Origin: Candidatus Saccharimonadota bacterium
GTDB taxonomy: Bacteria > Patescibacteriota > Saccharimonadia > Saccharimonadales > UBA4665
Length of the DNA: 32,000 nucleotides
NCBI GenBank assembly: GCA_016699955.1
Contig: CP064993.1
Span: 660,001 to 692,000, forward strand
Direction of reading: 5' to 3'
Part shown: piece by piece, positions 30,557 through 32,000 of the stretch
How the letters are laid out: every line of letters begins with the position of its first letter
Numbering within the stretch: the stretch's first letter is position 1
Made by a program: the position numbers and the translations under genes
Notes under the pieces: generated by a model
What the model saw: the letters and a program-made list of their open reading frames with translations, nothing else
Databases searched by the model: none
What the model was told of the DNA's origin: nothing

Positions 30557-32000
30557 GTGAGTGATAAGCAAACAAAGTTTGTGTTTGTAACAGGTGGTGT
30601 GCTTTCCGGGCTTGGCAAAGGTATTACAGCCGCTTCCATTGGTAACTTGCTCAAGGCTCGCGGCCTTTCCGTAAATCTTCAAAAATGCGATCCGTATCTA
30701 AATGTCGACGCAGGCCTACTCAATCCGCGCGAACACGGAGAATGTTTTGTAACAAAAGATGGTGCCGAAACCGACCTCGATCTTGGCCATTATGAACGAT
30801 TTCTCGACCAAGAGTTGACGCGTGAAAGTTCGCTCATGAGCGGCCGAGTGCTGCTTGGGGTTATTGAGGCCGAGCGCAGCGGCAAATACGAAGGCAATAC
30901 GGTGCAAATTATTCCGCACGTGACACGGGCTATCCAGGATCACATATTGAAGGCATCGGACGGGTTTGATGTGCATATCGTCGAAATTGGCGGCACGGTT
31001 GGAGATTATGAGAGCCTGTCGTTTGTTGAGGCTATACGTGAACTAGGTATGCGCGTAGGGCGGAACAATTGTCTTTTTGTACACGTTGTGTACATGCCGT
31101 ACCTGGGTGCGAGCCATGAGTTTAAAAGCAAGCCAGCCCAAAATTCGGTACGTGAGCTGCGTGGTCTAGGTATAGCCCCAGATATTTTGGTTTGTCGCAG
31201 CGAGTCGCAAGCACCGGAAACTGTCAAAGACAAACTGAGCCTTTTTACTGGTGTCCAGCCAGAGGCAATTGCACTGCTTCCGAACGCGGAAAGCATTTAC
31301 CAGGTTCCTCTAACCCTAGAGGACACAGGCATAGCCGATGTAATTTGCAAGCAGTTGGCGTTTGATGTGGCCAAGCCAGATTTGCGTGACTGGCGTGGTG
31401 TGGTAAGCAAGGCGTTGTCAAAATCAAGCAAAACAGTAAAAGTGGGTGTGGTGGCAAAATATCTCGATAACGCCGACACCTATATGTCGGTATTTGAGGC
31501 CATACGTGCTGCCGCGTGGGCAAACGATGTTTCGGTTGATATCAGCTGGATAGACGCGCCCAAGCTGGAAACTGCCACAGATGACGAACTGGCAGCAGAG
31601 CTGCAAGCTGTCGACGGTATAGTTGTGCCTGGTGGTTTTGGTACGCGGGGCGTCGAGGGGAAAATTCGAGCCGCACAGTACGCGTTGACTCACGGGTTGC
31701 CGTACTTGGGTCTTTGCTATGGTTTGCACATGATGGTCATAGCGGCGGCACGGTTGCACGGCTACGCCGACGCAAATACGACTGAGGTAAACCCCGCAAC
31801 CTCCGCGGCAGTCATAGACACGATGGAAGGCCAAAAGGGCAAAGAAAACACCGGTGGTACCATGCGCCTTGGCGACTATGCGTGTCACTTTGAGTCTGGA
31901 AGCCTGGCTGCAAAGTTGTACGGTACGCAAGATATCGTCGAACGACACAGGCACCGTTATGAAGCAATGGGCAAGTATGTGGGTGAGTATGAAAGCTGGG
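30557..32000 (+). CDS. pyrG: CTP synthase (5' part; gene continues beyond the right window edge)
   Basis: Absent from the ORF track because there is no stop inside the window. GTG 30557 lies 8 nt after GAGAGGA. Translation gives VSDKQTKFVFVTGGVLSGLGKGITAASIGNLLKARGLSVNLQKCDPYLNVDAG...DLDLGHYERF...GLCYGLHMM...GGTMRLGDY...ERHRHRYE. Confidence 0.93.
   Translation, partial: MSDKQTKFVFVTGGVLSGLGKGITAASIGNLLKARGLSVNLQKCDPYLNVDAGLLNPREHGECFVTKDGAETDLDLGHYERFLDQELTRESSLMSGRVLLGVIEAERSGKYEGNTVQIIPHVTRAIQDHILKASDGFDVHIVEIGGTVGDYESLSFVEAIRELGMRVGRNNCLFVHVVYMPYLGASHEFKSKPAQNSVRELRGLGIAPDILVCRSESQAPETVKDKLSLFTGVQPEAIALLPNAESIYQVPLTLEDTGIADVICKQLAFDVAKPDLRDWRGVVSKALSKSSKTVKVGVVAKYLDNADTYMSVFEAIRAAAWANDVSVDISWIDAPKLETATDDELAAELQAVDGIVVPGGFGTRGVEGKIRAAQYALTHGLPYLGLCYGLHMMVIAAARLHGYADANTTEVNPATSAAVIDTMEGQKGKENTGGTMRLGDYACHFESGSLAAKLYGTQDIVERHRHRYEAMGKYVGEYESW

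Overview
The window is a dense, mostly plus-strand block of about 32 protein genes, nearly all housekeeping. They cover translation (prfA, rpmE, rpsB, tsf, frr, proS, class-I lysyl-tRNA synthetase, serS, hpf, prfB, greA), secretion and envelope proteolysis (secA, rseP, CPBP protease, M16 peptidase, S41 peptidase), isoprenoid carrier synthesis (uppS) and pyrG. Two genes run off the window edges and are missing from the ORF track: prfA (1-371, minus) and pyrG (30557-32000, plus). The order rpsB-tsf-[gap]-frr-uppS-rseP-...-proS matches the conserved Bacillus-type block, but pyrH, cdsA and dxr are absent. Small gene sizes, tight packing and the class-I LysRS suggest a reduced-genome bacterium, possibly CPR/Patescibacteria and Saccharibacteria-like; this is inference only. 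I found no rRNA, tRNA, CRISPR array, transposase or integrase. The genetic code looks standard, since TGA is used as a stop and RF2 is present. I see no clear-cut new multi-gene system. The points most worth a second look are:
- a leaderless AbrB-antitoxin/PIN-toxin pair chained by ORF overlap to a small HExxH zincin, followed by an orphan gene with atypical codon usage and a C8 tract;
- two dense GATC clusters flanking tsf;
- a 69-nt almost pure G/C tract between the rpmE and rpsB promoters;
- a recurrent TATACT/TACAAT box 6-9 nt upstream of ATG, implying widespread leaderless mRNAs;
- a contiguous ftsEX / coiled-coil CHAP hydrolase / Ig-like plus C39-like protein / FemAB / S41 peptidase envelope locus.
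All promoter, terminator and RNA-structure calls come from reading the sequence by eye and are low confidence.
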